A DNA stretch of 64,000 nt from NCBI RefSeq assembly GCF_018350175.1, contig NC_058382.1, positions 58,158,001-58,222,000 of the forward strand. Reading direction: 5' to 3'. How positions within the stretch are numbered: the first letter of the stretch is position 1; each line of letters starts with the position of its first letter. The notes under the pieces were generated by a model, which worked only from the letters and a program-made list of their open reading frames with translations, had not been told where the DNA came from and did no database searches. Source of the DNA: Felis catus (taxonomy: Eukaryota). Positions 1 to 10,640 of the stretch are shown here, piece after piece. A program made the position numbers and the translations under genes.

Positions 1-14
1 GCTGTCGCTAACAG
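1..14 (+). other. 3' end of an exon (possibly coding) followed by a 5' splice donor CAG|GTGAGC
   Basis: gctgtcgctaacag|gtgagc is a strong donor match inside CpG-rich sequence. Phase 0 is blocked by TAA; phase 1 reads ...L-S-L-T. Host gene not recognised (GSE1 upstream exon is a tentative guess). Confidence 0.5.
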
Positions 15-900
15 GTGAGCCCTTCCCGAGCCGCGCTTCTCCCAGGGCCTCCTGGAGACATCCGTAATGAAGTGCAGCTGTGAACTCCGGTTTTGGGTCA
101 GAAAGGCAATTTCTCATCTCTCCCCGCAGCAACGGCGTCGAAAATCCGGGAGCTGTGCGCCTCCTCCCCGCCCCCCCCCCCCCCCGGCGCCCGGCGCCGC
201 CGCCCCCCGGCCCTCGCCCACCGAAGCGGGGGCTCAGGAGGCGGGCGTCAATAATGACGCTGTCAGAGGCAGGTGGCCCGGGTGCGGAGGGAGCGGGCTC
301 GCGGGGCCGGCGAGGCGGGGGTAGAGGAGCAGCTGGCCGGGGTGCTCTGGGAGGCGGGGAGGCTGCTTTCCTCTCGTTTTAATTGGTCTTTGTGACTCTA
401 ACGGCAGGCCCGATTCACCTAGTGGCAGCGTGTGGGCTCGGGGCTCCTGCCGCGCTCCGCATCTGAGGCATTCACGAGGCGCCAGGCAGCTGTTCTGGCC
501 TAACCGACGTTTCTGGATGGTGCCGGGCCTGGAAGGGCCTGGAAAAACAAAGCCGGGGGTGTCTGGGGGAAAGGCAGGGCCCTCGCGGGGACGGGGGGGC
601 CCGTGGCCGGGGCGACGCAGCCCGGGGGAGCCCCGGCTTCCGGATCGGGGCCTGTCACGCCGCCTGGGGCACAGGGTCACCCGAGGAGCCGGGTTCCGTC
701 AGGCCCAGAGGAGCCCAGGAGCGCTCGCCAAGTACAATCGATGAAATAGGAGCTCCCCACGCCTCGGGTGGGGGGGGGGTGGGCAGAGCTGATAGAGCTC
801 CGGGACCTCGTTTTCCGGCCAGCTAACCGTCCCCTCGGTGAGCACAGGGCTCCCCAGAGGAGGCAGCCCGACCGTCACGGTGCTTGCGGACGGGAGCTCT
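1..900. promoter_or_regulatory. CpG island (continues upstream of the window)
   Basis: Dense CpG, GC boxes (gggcgg/ccgccc), no interspersed repeats until ~900. Confidence 0.7.
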
Positions 901-985
901 GGGCCAGCACGCCTGGCTTTGCATCGCTGTGTGACCTTAGAGAGGTGGCTTGACTTCTCTGTTCCGGCTCCCCGTGAAACGGAGA
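895..985 (+). mobile_element. MIR fragment
   Basis: gctgtgtgaccttagagaggtggcttgacttctctgttcc resembles the MIR core. Confidence 0.55.
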
Positions 986-1029
986 GCCTGGGTGAGAAGA
1001 GTCACTTCGTGCATCTGAGGACGACGACG

Positions 1030-1302
1030 TTCCGTCGTGTTCCTTGGCAGCCTGTCCCCTGTCCCCGGTTCCTGCCAGCACAGATCTGTTTTCTGTCCCT
1101 CTGGCCTTGCCTTTAAGATGTCACGCGGTCGGAAGCGTTCCGTGCAGAGACCTTCACGTCTGGTGGCCTTGGCTTAGGCGTCGGGATCCGCCCGGCGGGC
1201 GTGAGAGCATCGGGGTTGCCGAGGGGCATTTGGTGGCGTGGACGCACCACGAGGGGTCTGTCCGTTAGCCCAGCGGTGGACATTAGGGTGTTTGCTTTGG
1301 GC
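1030..1302 (-). mobile_element. Ancient L1M (L1MB/ME-like) 3' fragment, GC-shifted
   Basis: cagatctgttttctgtccct...gtggacattagggtgtttgctttggg follows the antisense 3' UTR of old mammalian L1. Confidence 0.6.
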
Positions 1303-1303
1303 C

Positions 1304-1658
1304 TGTCTTAGTCCCTCGCGCTGCTGTAGCGAAACACCAGGCACCGGGCAGGCTCAGCAGCCTTAGCGGCAGATGCCGACAGAGCCGGGAGGCGGGGATC
1401 AGACTCTGCGCTGGGTGAGGGTCTACTTCTGCTCGCAGACGGGTGTCCCCTGTGGCTTGTGTCCTCTTGTGTCTCTCTCTCTGTTTCTGAGGACCCCGAT
1501 CCTATCAGGGGGCCCCACCCCCGTGACCTCCTCGAAAGTACTCACCTCCCAAAGGCCCCACCTCCGAATACCATTGCGCTGGGACTCGGGGTTCAACAGA
1601 TGCCTAATGGTGGGGCCGGGGGGGGGGGCGGGAGGTCACGGACGTTCAGTCGACAACA
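1304..1658 (-). mobile_element. MLT1A-like solo LTR (ERVL-MaLR)
   Basis: Starts tgtcttagtcc...gctgctgtagcgaaacacc; contains cacctcccaaaggccccacctcc; ends gacgttcagtcgacaaca. Confidence 0.75.
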
Positions 1659-2194
1659 GCAACTCACAAGGATCCCGTGCAGTCTGTGGCATCGCTGTCC
1701 CCCTGGTGACACGGAAGCCCAGGGTCACGCCGCCAGCCTCCCCCCTGTCTCGTGTGCCCTAAGCAGGAGGGGCCCGCGCCCCACGACCTGTTGTCTCCCA
1801 GCGCTGGGTCCGACCTTGGCTGAAGATGCCTCTTTGTCCCTGCCGGAGACTCGCGGCCAGCGCAAATAATTGGATTTTAATAAAACGGACGGGAGTGTGG
1901 AAGCAGTTCGCCACCCTGGCCTGAGCTGAGGCCCCGCAATTAAACTGATTATGTCTTGGGAGTCAAGCTGTCTGACTCTGCATCCCTAATTTGGCGCTGC
2001 CCGGGGCCCTGCCAGCACGCTTGTTTATTTATTTACCCAACTTTCACGAGCCGGGACATGCCAACGGGGCCGGGGTAATTAACCGGGGTGGTGAGCCGGG
2101 GCCGGGCCCTGTGTGTTCCCACTCCGGCCACCCACCTCTCCCCTGCCTCCAGAGCCCCTGGCCCAGAGGCTTGGGGGAATCACCACAACACTCC

Positions 2195-2315
2195 AATGAC
2201 ACTGAGGCCGGGCCCCCTCCCTCCCCCAGGGCTCTGATTCGGTCGATTTGGGACTGTGGCCGGGCCCCTGGGATTGTCAGATCTCCCCCAGGTGAGTGTG
2301 ACTGGCAGCCCCTGG
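2195..2315. mobile_element. MER5-like hAT-Charlie DNA transposon fragment
   Basis: gggcccc...ctctgattcggtcgatttggg...ctccccaggtgagtgtga matches the MER5 layout. Confidence 0.5.
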
Positions 2316-2397
2316 CCTGTCGGACATGGATGCTTCTAGAATCCCAGAGTGGGTGCTGCCTCCTTCCCTGGACTCACCCGGCTCCCGTGGGCACAGG

Positions 2398-2481
2398 CTG
2401 TTCCCACGCGAAAGCCTGTGGTTGTCTCCTCCTTAGGGCTCACGGAATCCTGGAGAAGGATCCGCGCACAGGGACCCTCAG
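2398..2481 (+). repeat. Copy 1 of a local ~85-bp direct duplication
   Basis: Aligns to 4534-4618 with 12 mismatches and 1 gap. Confidence 0.8.
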
Positions 2482-3669
2482 GGTACACGTTGCAGAGAAA
2501 AACATCTGGTGGGTGGGACTCTGGGTCTTTTCCGGGCAGCGTGTTGGCGTTTTCTCTCCCCGTGTAGTTTGTTAACAAACATTTATTAAGCACCTCCTTT
2601 CTGCCAGATGACCCCTCGCTGCGGGGGGGGGGGGGTGGAGACCTCTGCATTGGTGGGGGGCGGGGGGGGGCTGCTCCCTGCCTCCACTCCCACCCTGCCA
2701 CCCTGTGGGCACCACGAGTTGTAGCTGGAGACCTTGCCCGCCCTGGGAGTGTGTTTGGCAGTATTTGCCCCCTTGCCTCTGTGTCTCAGGCTCCGTGCCC
2801 CCCAAGAGGTGCCCCAACATTGCTGGCTTTGTCCCGGGCAGCCCGGCGTGGGCACAGACCTCCTCTATTAAAGGGGGGGTGCTGGGCTGCCAACCACAGA
2901 GCACTCTCTCAGTTCCCACCGTGGATGAAGGTTCCAGATTTTGGCATCGGCACGGCTGGGCTGACGAGGTGGTGAAGGGAGCCGTTATGGGGAGCTCTGC
3001 AGTGTGACTGCCCCAGGCAAGGGGACCCCGAGCAGCGGGCAGAGCCCTCTGCCCCTCTTCCCTTCCCACAGCGCCTCCTCCCAGGGCTGTGCAGAGTGTT
3101 CAGGGAGCGGACACAGGGTGAGGGCTCGGCTCTGGGTGCAGGCTGCGTCAGGGGCTTGATGAGCATGATTAATTGGGAATGGGAGGCTGCAGGGAGACCC
3201 GGCACCAGCCACGCAGGAGTGGGGGCTGTGGAGCCGCTCGGTGAGCGCCGGGCCCCCTTAATTAGGGGGAGTCGGGGGGTGGGGCAGGCCCCATCAGGTG
3301 GTGACCCAAGGGGCCCGGGAAGGGAAGGGGTGGCCCTCGCCTTTCCTGTGAGTGACCCCGCCCCATGCCCTTCTCCCCCCTGCCTCCCTTTGCAGGAGGA
3401 GGTCACACCCCACCCTGGTCTAGGAAGACTGCCCCCCAGACGCACACGTGACTGGGGAAACCCATAGGGCCAGCCCCACCTGCCTGGTGCCCCTCTCCAA
3501 AGCCCTCTTGCCCCTCAGAAACCCTCACGGTGGCCCTAGGCCCCTAGTCTGAAGCCTGGAAGCCCTTGCGGGCAGCTCGCAGCTGAGTCCTGCCACCTGC
3601 CCCTGTCCGGGGCTGAAACGCTCTTCCTTCCCAGGGGCCCCCGAGAGTCAGGCCCTGCCCCGTGCACGT

Positions 3670-3845
3670 CACAAACACCTATGAACTTCATCCTCCCCGG
3701 AACCGTGGCAGAAGGTGCTTGTGGTGGTCCCATTTTCCAGATCAGGAAGCGGACCCCGAGAGAGGCTGACGATTTGCCTGGGGACACAGTCTTGCCAGGT
3801 GACAGAGCCGAGACTGGAGACTGGAACCTGGGTGTCTGCTTGCCC
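3670..3845 (-). mobile_element. MIR
   Basis: cccattttccagatcaggaagcggaccccgagagaggctgacgatttgcctggggacacag is the antisense MIR core. Confidence 0.65.
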
Positions 3846-4533
3846 TCGGGCCACGGCTCCTCCCAGCCGGGTCTAGAGGAGGCTGACATCTCGTTGAGTG
3901 AACACGGTCCTGGCCCTGAGGTCGGGGAGGAGATGGGCTCTTTCCTGCCGTGTGTGTGTGCACGCGCGTGCGTGTGTGCAAGGACTCAAGGCAGCCCCGT
4001 GGCCTAAGACTAGTGCGGTGTCTGTGGGTAGGGACGATGCCGCTGGTGAGCACACAGCCCTCGGTTCCCCTCCCGGAGACACCCTGGGGCAGGCTGTGCT
4101 CTCAAAAGGAGACTCGGCCACCCCACCATTCACCACGTGAGGACAGGGTCCTGCTCCCGCTGAATCACCGTGAACGCCTCCCGCGGCTTCCGCAGCCTTC
4201 TCTCCAGAAGACTGCCAGTTGGGCTCTAAGACATCTTCCGATAAATGAGTCTCAGAAGTCGGTGTCCTGGGCTTCCTGCCAGCCCGGGGTGGCTGGGGAG
4301 GGGAGCCAGCGGGTTCTGCCTCCCCTGCTTTCTGCTGTCCCCAAGAAAGGCAGCTGGGATGGTAGGGCCAAGAGGCAGGCAGGGCGGGGAGAGGAGGGAC
4401 AGGGTGGTGTGAGGCTCATCTGGAAAAGGTCAAGCCCCCAGAATGGGCCAGGGTGGGGGGGTGGGTAGGGGGGCAGTGCGTCGCCATCCCGAACGCAGAA
4501 GCGGGGGCCCCGGGCCAGCCCGCCCCGAGAGGT

Positions 4534-4618
4534 CTGTTCCCACGTGAAGACCGGTGCTTGTCTCGTCCTTATGGGTTCAGGGAATCCTGGGGAAGGATCT
4601 GAGCACAGGGGCCCTCAG
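4534..4618 (+). repeat. Copy 2 of a local ~85-bp direct duplication
   Basis: Aligns to 2398-2481. Confidence 0.8.
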
Positions 4619-6099
4619 CTGCAGGCCAGGATCTCTCCCTCGCGGCTCTGAAATGTGCCAATAGCCAGGCTCGGGCAGTCCCAAGTTCTCGGCCTGTGGG
4701 GGCAGGGTGAGGCAGGGACGGGCTTCCCTCCTAGGGGCCCCCATGCGGGCAAGGCGGTGAGGTCCTCAGGCCACAGGAACGAGACGCAGGGTGATTCGAC
4801 CTCAGCCCCCAGGCGTCCAGCGTTAGCACGGCTGGACAGGGGGACAGAGGCGGGGCCGAGGGAGCTGCCCTGAGCGCAGGGAAGGTGACCAAGTCTCGGT
4901 GCTACCCCCTAGCTTCCCAAGAACAACAGACTAGCGACTGGCATTTCCGATGCACGAACTCGCTGGGCACCCCGCCCCATTCTGAACGACAGATGAGGAA
5001 ACTCCAGACCCTGTGTCCAAGCGAGGTGTGCTCGGTTTGCCTGGGTCCTCTTAGTCCTGTGTTCTCAGGCCCTGGGGGGCTCTGGAGGCTTCTGGAAGCG
5101 ACCTCACCCGGCCCTGCTTGGCTGGAGGTTTCTGCACTCATTCACCCTGAACATGGCATTGGGCCCAAGTCAGGGGGCAGGCAGAGTATATATGCGGGAT
5201 AAAGGGATTTGGCAGTAGGTGGTCAGGATCTGGGAAGCCGCAGGCCTTTCCCAGAGCGCCATGACCAGCCCATACAGGTCCTTTATGACTCTTCCTTGAG
5301 GCAGACAGAACCCGCGCTAGGTGTGTGTTGATGAGCAGAGTCAGGGTGGGGTTTCAGCTCCCGTTTGCCATCTCACCTAGGTGCTGTTGTGCAGTGGACA
5401 ACTTGGACAACTGTGCTTGGCCACCCTGCTCCCAGGGCTCCCGTTGGGTCCCATTACAACCCCGCCCCCACTTGGTTGTTAGGGGTTCAGAACACCAACC
5501 CAGTACCACCCAGGAGATTCTTCACCCTAGGAAGAGCGGCGCGCTCATTGCCACTGCCCCGCTTGGTCTCTTTTGCCCGTGTGTTATATATCTCGCCATG
5601 TGCCGGGCTGAGCGAGTGTTTACCGTCCTCTCCAGATGAGGGCACTTTGCCCAAGCTCACACAGTGAGCTGATGGCACAGTTGGAGCCTACGCTCGGGTC
5701 TCCTCCCAGGAGCTTGTCAAGAGTTCCCACCAGGGAGCGGCCCCCACAGTTCTCCACATCGTGTCCTCTTCCCTTTGGGATGAAGAAGAGGGGCTTCCAG
5801 GACCTCCCACAGGACACACCGCCCCCGCTTCCTGGCCACGTGGCCGGCTTTCCCCACAACTGCTCCTCGGGGATACACAAGGACGCCCCCTCTCGCTGTC
5901 AGCAGGGCGAGGACGCCGTCGGTGGGGGGGGGGGGGCCCACCCTGGCCGCTGGGAGTTCTCCCTGAGCTTGGGGAAGGAGCCAGCTGCACCCAGCCCGAA
6001 TCCCTGGACCAGAGGAGATACAGATCATCTCGCCTGAAACGCCAAGCATGTTCAAGGCCAGACAGGCTGGCCAGGGAGAGCCTGCGTCCCTAATCCTCA

Positions 6100-6273
6100 C
6101 AGCCGCTTCTGTCCGTCTTGGCCGCACGTCGGAACCACCTGAAATCCAGAAATACTGCCGGTTGGGGCCCATCCCCCGAGATCGTGATGTCACGGGGTCA
6201 GGGATGGGGCCCCAGCCTGGAGTTTTACAAACTCCCCAGGTGACTGGCATGTCTGGGAGAGATGAGAACCACG
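6100..6273. mobile_element. MER5-like DNA transposon
   Basis: gcacgtcggaaccacctg...ttttacaaactccccaggtgac...gagaaccac. Confidence 0.6.
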
Positions 6274-7087
6274 CTCACACCGATACGTTATATAGGTACC
6301 TGTCCACACGGGAGGGACACCAGACTACACCTGAAACTGAATCGTTTGCTCCAAGAACCCCCCCCCCCCCGATGAAATGCAGTGCAGTTCGGTGAAGCCC
6401 CGCATGGAGTTTGCCAAGGCAGAGGAGCAGAGCAGAGGACAGGGGACCTGGGATGAGTGGGGGAAGTCCTCTCTGGAGCATTGAGACATGGGACACACAC
6501 ATGGGCAGCCACGGTCCTGCAGGCCTGAACTTTCAGAAGGATGTGGGCAAACCCAGGAACATTCCGGGACCTGGGACTGTGATGGGGAACGAGTGGAGGA
6601 AACCAGGGTGGGGTGGCGGTGGGGGGAGAGTCTGCTGGAGGGTGGGAATGGGCTGCAAGGTAGGTACCAGGTTCGCACCTGGAGGGGGCTGGGGAGGGGC
6701 TGGCCCAGGGGCGGGAGTTGAGGGGATTTCAGCTCAGCTGGAGCAAACAGTCCTGAAGGAGCAGCCCCAGCTTGAGCCGGCCTCCTGGGAAGGAGGGTTT
6801 CCAGGGTGGAAGGGAGACCCAGCCGTCCTCCGGGAGCCTGTCTGAGGCAAGGGCCAAGCTGGGCTTTCTTGGGATAGTGTTTGCCTGCGCCTGGGCCTGG
6901 CTTGGCCCGGGTTCCTCCCACCTGGGCCCTGCAGAGATCTGGGGCTGGATGATTCCGTGCGGGTGGCATCTGCGGAGCGCTCTGCCCCCTTCTTGGCATC
7001 TGCCTCGGGCGGCATCTGCAGACCTTGCCAAGTATGGGGGGGGGGAGGGGGCGGGACCATCCCCTGCCCCCGCTGAGAATCACCGCC

Positions 7088-7262
7088 TAGAACAATGGCT
7101 GCCCTCGGGAACCCCCTGGGTGCTTTCACGCTGCCTGGGTCCACGCCCAGAGGTTGATGTCATGGGTCTGGGTGAGGCCCAGACAACCCGGGGGGCTAGG
7201 GGTGGGGTGGGTTCAGATTGCCCCAGGTGGTTCTAATAGGCGGCAATCTTCGAGACCCCCAG
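7088..7262. mobile_element. MER5-like DNA transposon fragment
   Basis: cctgggtccacgcccagaggttgatg...ggtctgggtgaggccc...ccccaggtggttctaat. Confidence 0.5.
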
Positions 7263-7399
7263 GGACAGCTTTGTGTCTCCAACTTGAGTCAGAAGAATCA
7301 CCTGGGCGATGGCTCCAAAGAATGCGTCCCGGTTTAATTGGAAGCACCTGGAATTCTCAGGCGCAGGCGAGTGTGGGAAACGCCGAGCCCCTGGCGGCG

Positions 7400-9150
7400 T
7401 GAGGCTCCAGGAGGCTGAGCCGAAAGGCCTTGGCCGGCCGGCCACGCTAGGACCTCGTGTGCCTCCCGCTGCGTTTCCTCCCCCCCTCCCCCCTCCTTTT
7501 CCAGCCGGGGTCTGGGCCTCCTGCTCACCTCCCCCACCTTCTCCTCCCCAGTGACATTATCCCAGTCCCCCCGCCCCTGCGCCAGCCCCTGCGAGCCCGC
7601 CGGCAGCCGGCCCCTCCTCCCTCCTCTCCTCCCAGCCGGTGGCTCTCAGCGCCGGCTTGATTTAGTAGGCGTTGGAGGAGAAAGGCAGCTTGAAGAGTCA
7701 CTAAGAGCCCCGATGCTCGCCAGCACTTATCTGGAAAGGAGAGGCCGGCAGCCCCAGGGAGGGAACTGGGGCGTAAGAACGCACCTCTCCGTCGGGGAGG
7801 GGGCGTGGCAATCCCGCCGCCGTCCCGGCTCTCCTCAGGGTCACGGGCACCCCAGGCTGCAAGCACCCCTACCCCAGCGGGCGCCCGGGGGGGGGGTGCT
7901 CCCCCTCCCTCCACACCCCTGGAGGGGGCAGAAGCTGCCCCTGCAGTCGCCTCCTGCGGGTGGGGCTCAACTCCTTGCAGCCCCAGGTCGGGGAGCTCAG
8001 AGACCTTGGGTGGGGAGCGGGGTCCTGTGGCGGCCGGCCGGCGAGTGGAGGGCGGAGGAGGGCCCCCCCACCCCTAGCCTTTTGGTGGTTTGACCGCCCT
8101 CCTCTCCTGGTGTCCGTCCCCCCCCCCTCTCCCTGATGAAAAATACAAAAGGAAAATGCGCCAGTGCCCAGGTCTGGGGAGCCCCAGCCCGCGGGATGGA
8201 GAAATGAAAAGCGGCCCCAATTAGAGGCTTTGGTTCTGCAAACTTGATGCTCGGCACTTGAACTGTCACGGCGGAGCCTTAATTAGCAGCGGCGGGGGAG
8301 AGGTCAGGAACAACTCAGCAGTCTTGACAAGCGCGTTATCAAGTGCAGGGGAGCGGGGGCTGCCCGGGGAGCGGGCGGGGCCGCCGGGCGGGGGGAGGAC
8401 GGCGGGGGCGCCGCGGCGCGCGGGAGGTGGCGGGGAGGAGGCGCGCGGCCCGGCCGAGCGCGAAGGGAATAAGATGGTGGCCGCGAGGCGGCCGCGCGGC
8501 CACGGCGGGTGGTGCGCGAAGCCTCCGGCGAGGGCGCGCGGGCGGCGCGGGGCGCTCCCGGGGGCGGCGTGACGGGCTGCTCGGGCCCTCCCTGGCGACG
8601 CGGCACCACCCCCGGGTCCCCGCGGCAAGCAGGGCGCACGGCGGGCGGACGCCCCCGGCTGCTCCTGAGTCCCCCTCCCCTCCTCCCCCCGGTTCCCCGT
8701 TCCCTTCTGGGGACACCCCCGGCTGTCCCGTGACCCCCGATCCCCTGTACGGCCCCCGGCGCGCAGCGGGCGGAAGGAGCGCGCGGCGCGCTTGGGCGCC
8801 CCCCCCCCCCACCCCTTGGTGACCCCCAGCGCCCACGCCCCCGGCTATGCCGGGAAGCCGCTCCTAGAGTGCCCCGCGGCCCCGGCGGGGGGCAGCACAC
8901 CATGCTCGGCGCGAAGACCTGGTCGAACCTGCTGGAGAGCCTCAGTAAGTGACGGGCTTGCCGCCCGCGGAAGGGGGCGGGGGGGGGGGGGCGGGATGGA
9001 ACTTTCTGGGGCGCGCCGCCCACCCCGCCTGGCCCCGTGACCCCGGATTACCTCCGGGTTCGTGCACGTGCTTCCCCAGGGACGCCTCCCGCCGCCGCCT
9101 CATCCTGTCCATTCGGAAAAGAAGCCAATCGATTTATTTTTTAAAGTAGA
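7400..9150. promoter_or_regulatory. Large CpG island, probable alternative promoter
   Basis: Very CpG-dense and repeat-free, with multiple GC boxes, AAGATGG (YY1-like) at 8471-8477, then an ATG and splice donor at 8902-8950. Confidence 0.8.
8902..8944 (+). CDS. Candidate alternative first coding exon: MLGAKTWSNLLESL + 1 nt (phase 1); host tentatively GSE1
   Basis: Kozak context cacaccATGc (A at -3) inside a CpG island; 14 open codons, then TCA|GTAAGT with a perfect intronic donor consensus. The unspliced frame stops at TGA 8950-8952. Confidence 0.5.
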
Positions 9151-10519
9151 AAAGCCCCATCTGCTCGCCTGTCTGGCCCGTCCGGGGCCTGGGGAATGAG
9201 AAGCGTGGAGAATCCCCAGATTTTGTCCAGGCGGGGTCGCAGGGCTGCCCTGGGGCCTGCGTTATCCGGCTAGTTAGCGAGCTGGGCCCCTTTGTGCCTC
9301 CAGGAAACCGGATCCAGGGGCAAATTACGGTGTGGGGGTGTGGGGGTGTGCCCCCCCCCCGCTGTGTTTTATCACAACCTGCCCTCTTTCCAAGCTGTAG
9401 TAGGCTCACCCTGGGCCCATGTCAGCCCTCTGAGTGGGCGAACTTTCTCACGGTGTCAAGGCTGTGACCTCGAATGATTGGTCGCCGGCTAGGTGGCAAG
9501 AGGTTTTGGAGAGGGTTTAGCAGGATTCGGACGCCCAGGGGGCACCCCTGCAAGCTGATTAAGTGTGAACGTGGCGTTGGGCAGGCAGCCCCCAGCCCCC
9601 AGGCCCTTGGCTCCAGCCAAGGGCTGGCGTTGGAGGGTGATGGAGAGAAGGCAGCGGTGGCCAGAAACGCGGGTTACCCAGGTTCCTTCAGGTGGGGTGA
9701 CCGAGTGGGTGGGATGATGACATCAGCTCAGCTCCCCCCGCCCCTGTGAAAGAAAGGTTAGGCACCTTGACCTCCAGGTGCCCCCCGCCCACGGCCTTCT
9801 CGGCTAGGTGGGCCAGGCTGGGGAGAAGGGAGTGGCCAGTGGAACCTGCCAGGCCCCAGGTGCCTCTCCTGCTCTCCGCCCAGCCCCTGGCTCACCCTGC
9901 TGGGGTCTCCCGGGCCCCCTCCTCCCTCCCCGCCCTGCGTCTCTCTGTGCCTCTTTGAACTGCAGCTTTTAAAGCTTTTTGCCTTTTGAAAACTCGGGGG
10001 GGAGGAATCGCTTGCGGAGAGGTCGCGAACAGTTGATGATTATAGTCCAGCGGGTAGAAAGAGCTTAAAACAAATCCCCGTCCATCAGATGTCGGCTTAG
10101 GTGGTTCCCAGTGCTCTCCTGGGGGGTGTCGGGGTGGGGGCTGCAGCTTAGACCCTCTTAGTGTTTGATCGGCACTCCTCTCCGCTGGCCCTTCCTCCTG
10201 GGCCCCGTGGGGCCTCAGACGCCCCAGAAGGCCCCCGGCCCGGTCACTCAGCACCTCCAGAACCTCAGTTTCCCTAGGCGGCCCCGGGAGGACGATTCCG
10301 AGGGTGTGCGCTGCCCGGGGACGGTCGAACCGCAGGCTTCCCACACCCGTGTCAGCCGGTCTCTTTGGAACTGCGAGGGTTTTACCTGGTTCCTGGAGCC
10401 CGACTGTGGTGGGGTGGTGCTGGCAGAAGGAGGCTGCGTGAGGAAGGCTGGGTCGGCCCCTTGCTGAACTCCAGCAGGGTCTCCCTTGGTGCCGGCGGCG
10501 CCAGGCCTCACGGCAGGAG

Positions 10520-10640
10520 GTCTTACTGTTGCAGGTGGGGGAACTGAGGCTCAGAGAGGTTCAGCTCACCACTCAGGGTCACACAGCTGGTGAGGCGGTA
10601 AGGGGAGAGGTGATGGTGGCCCCGGGCAGTTCTGCCCCAG
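10520..10640 (-). mobile_element. MIR
   Basis: gaactgaggctcagagaggttcagctcaccactcagggtcacacagctggt. Confidence 0.7.
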
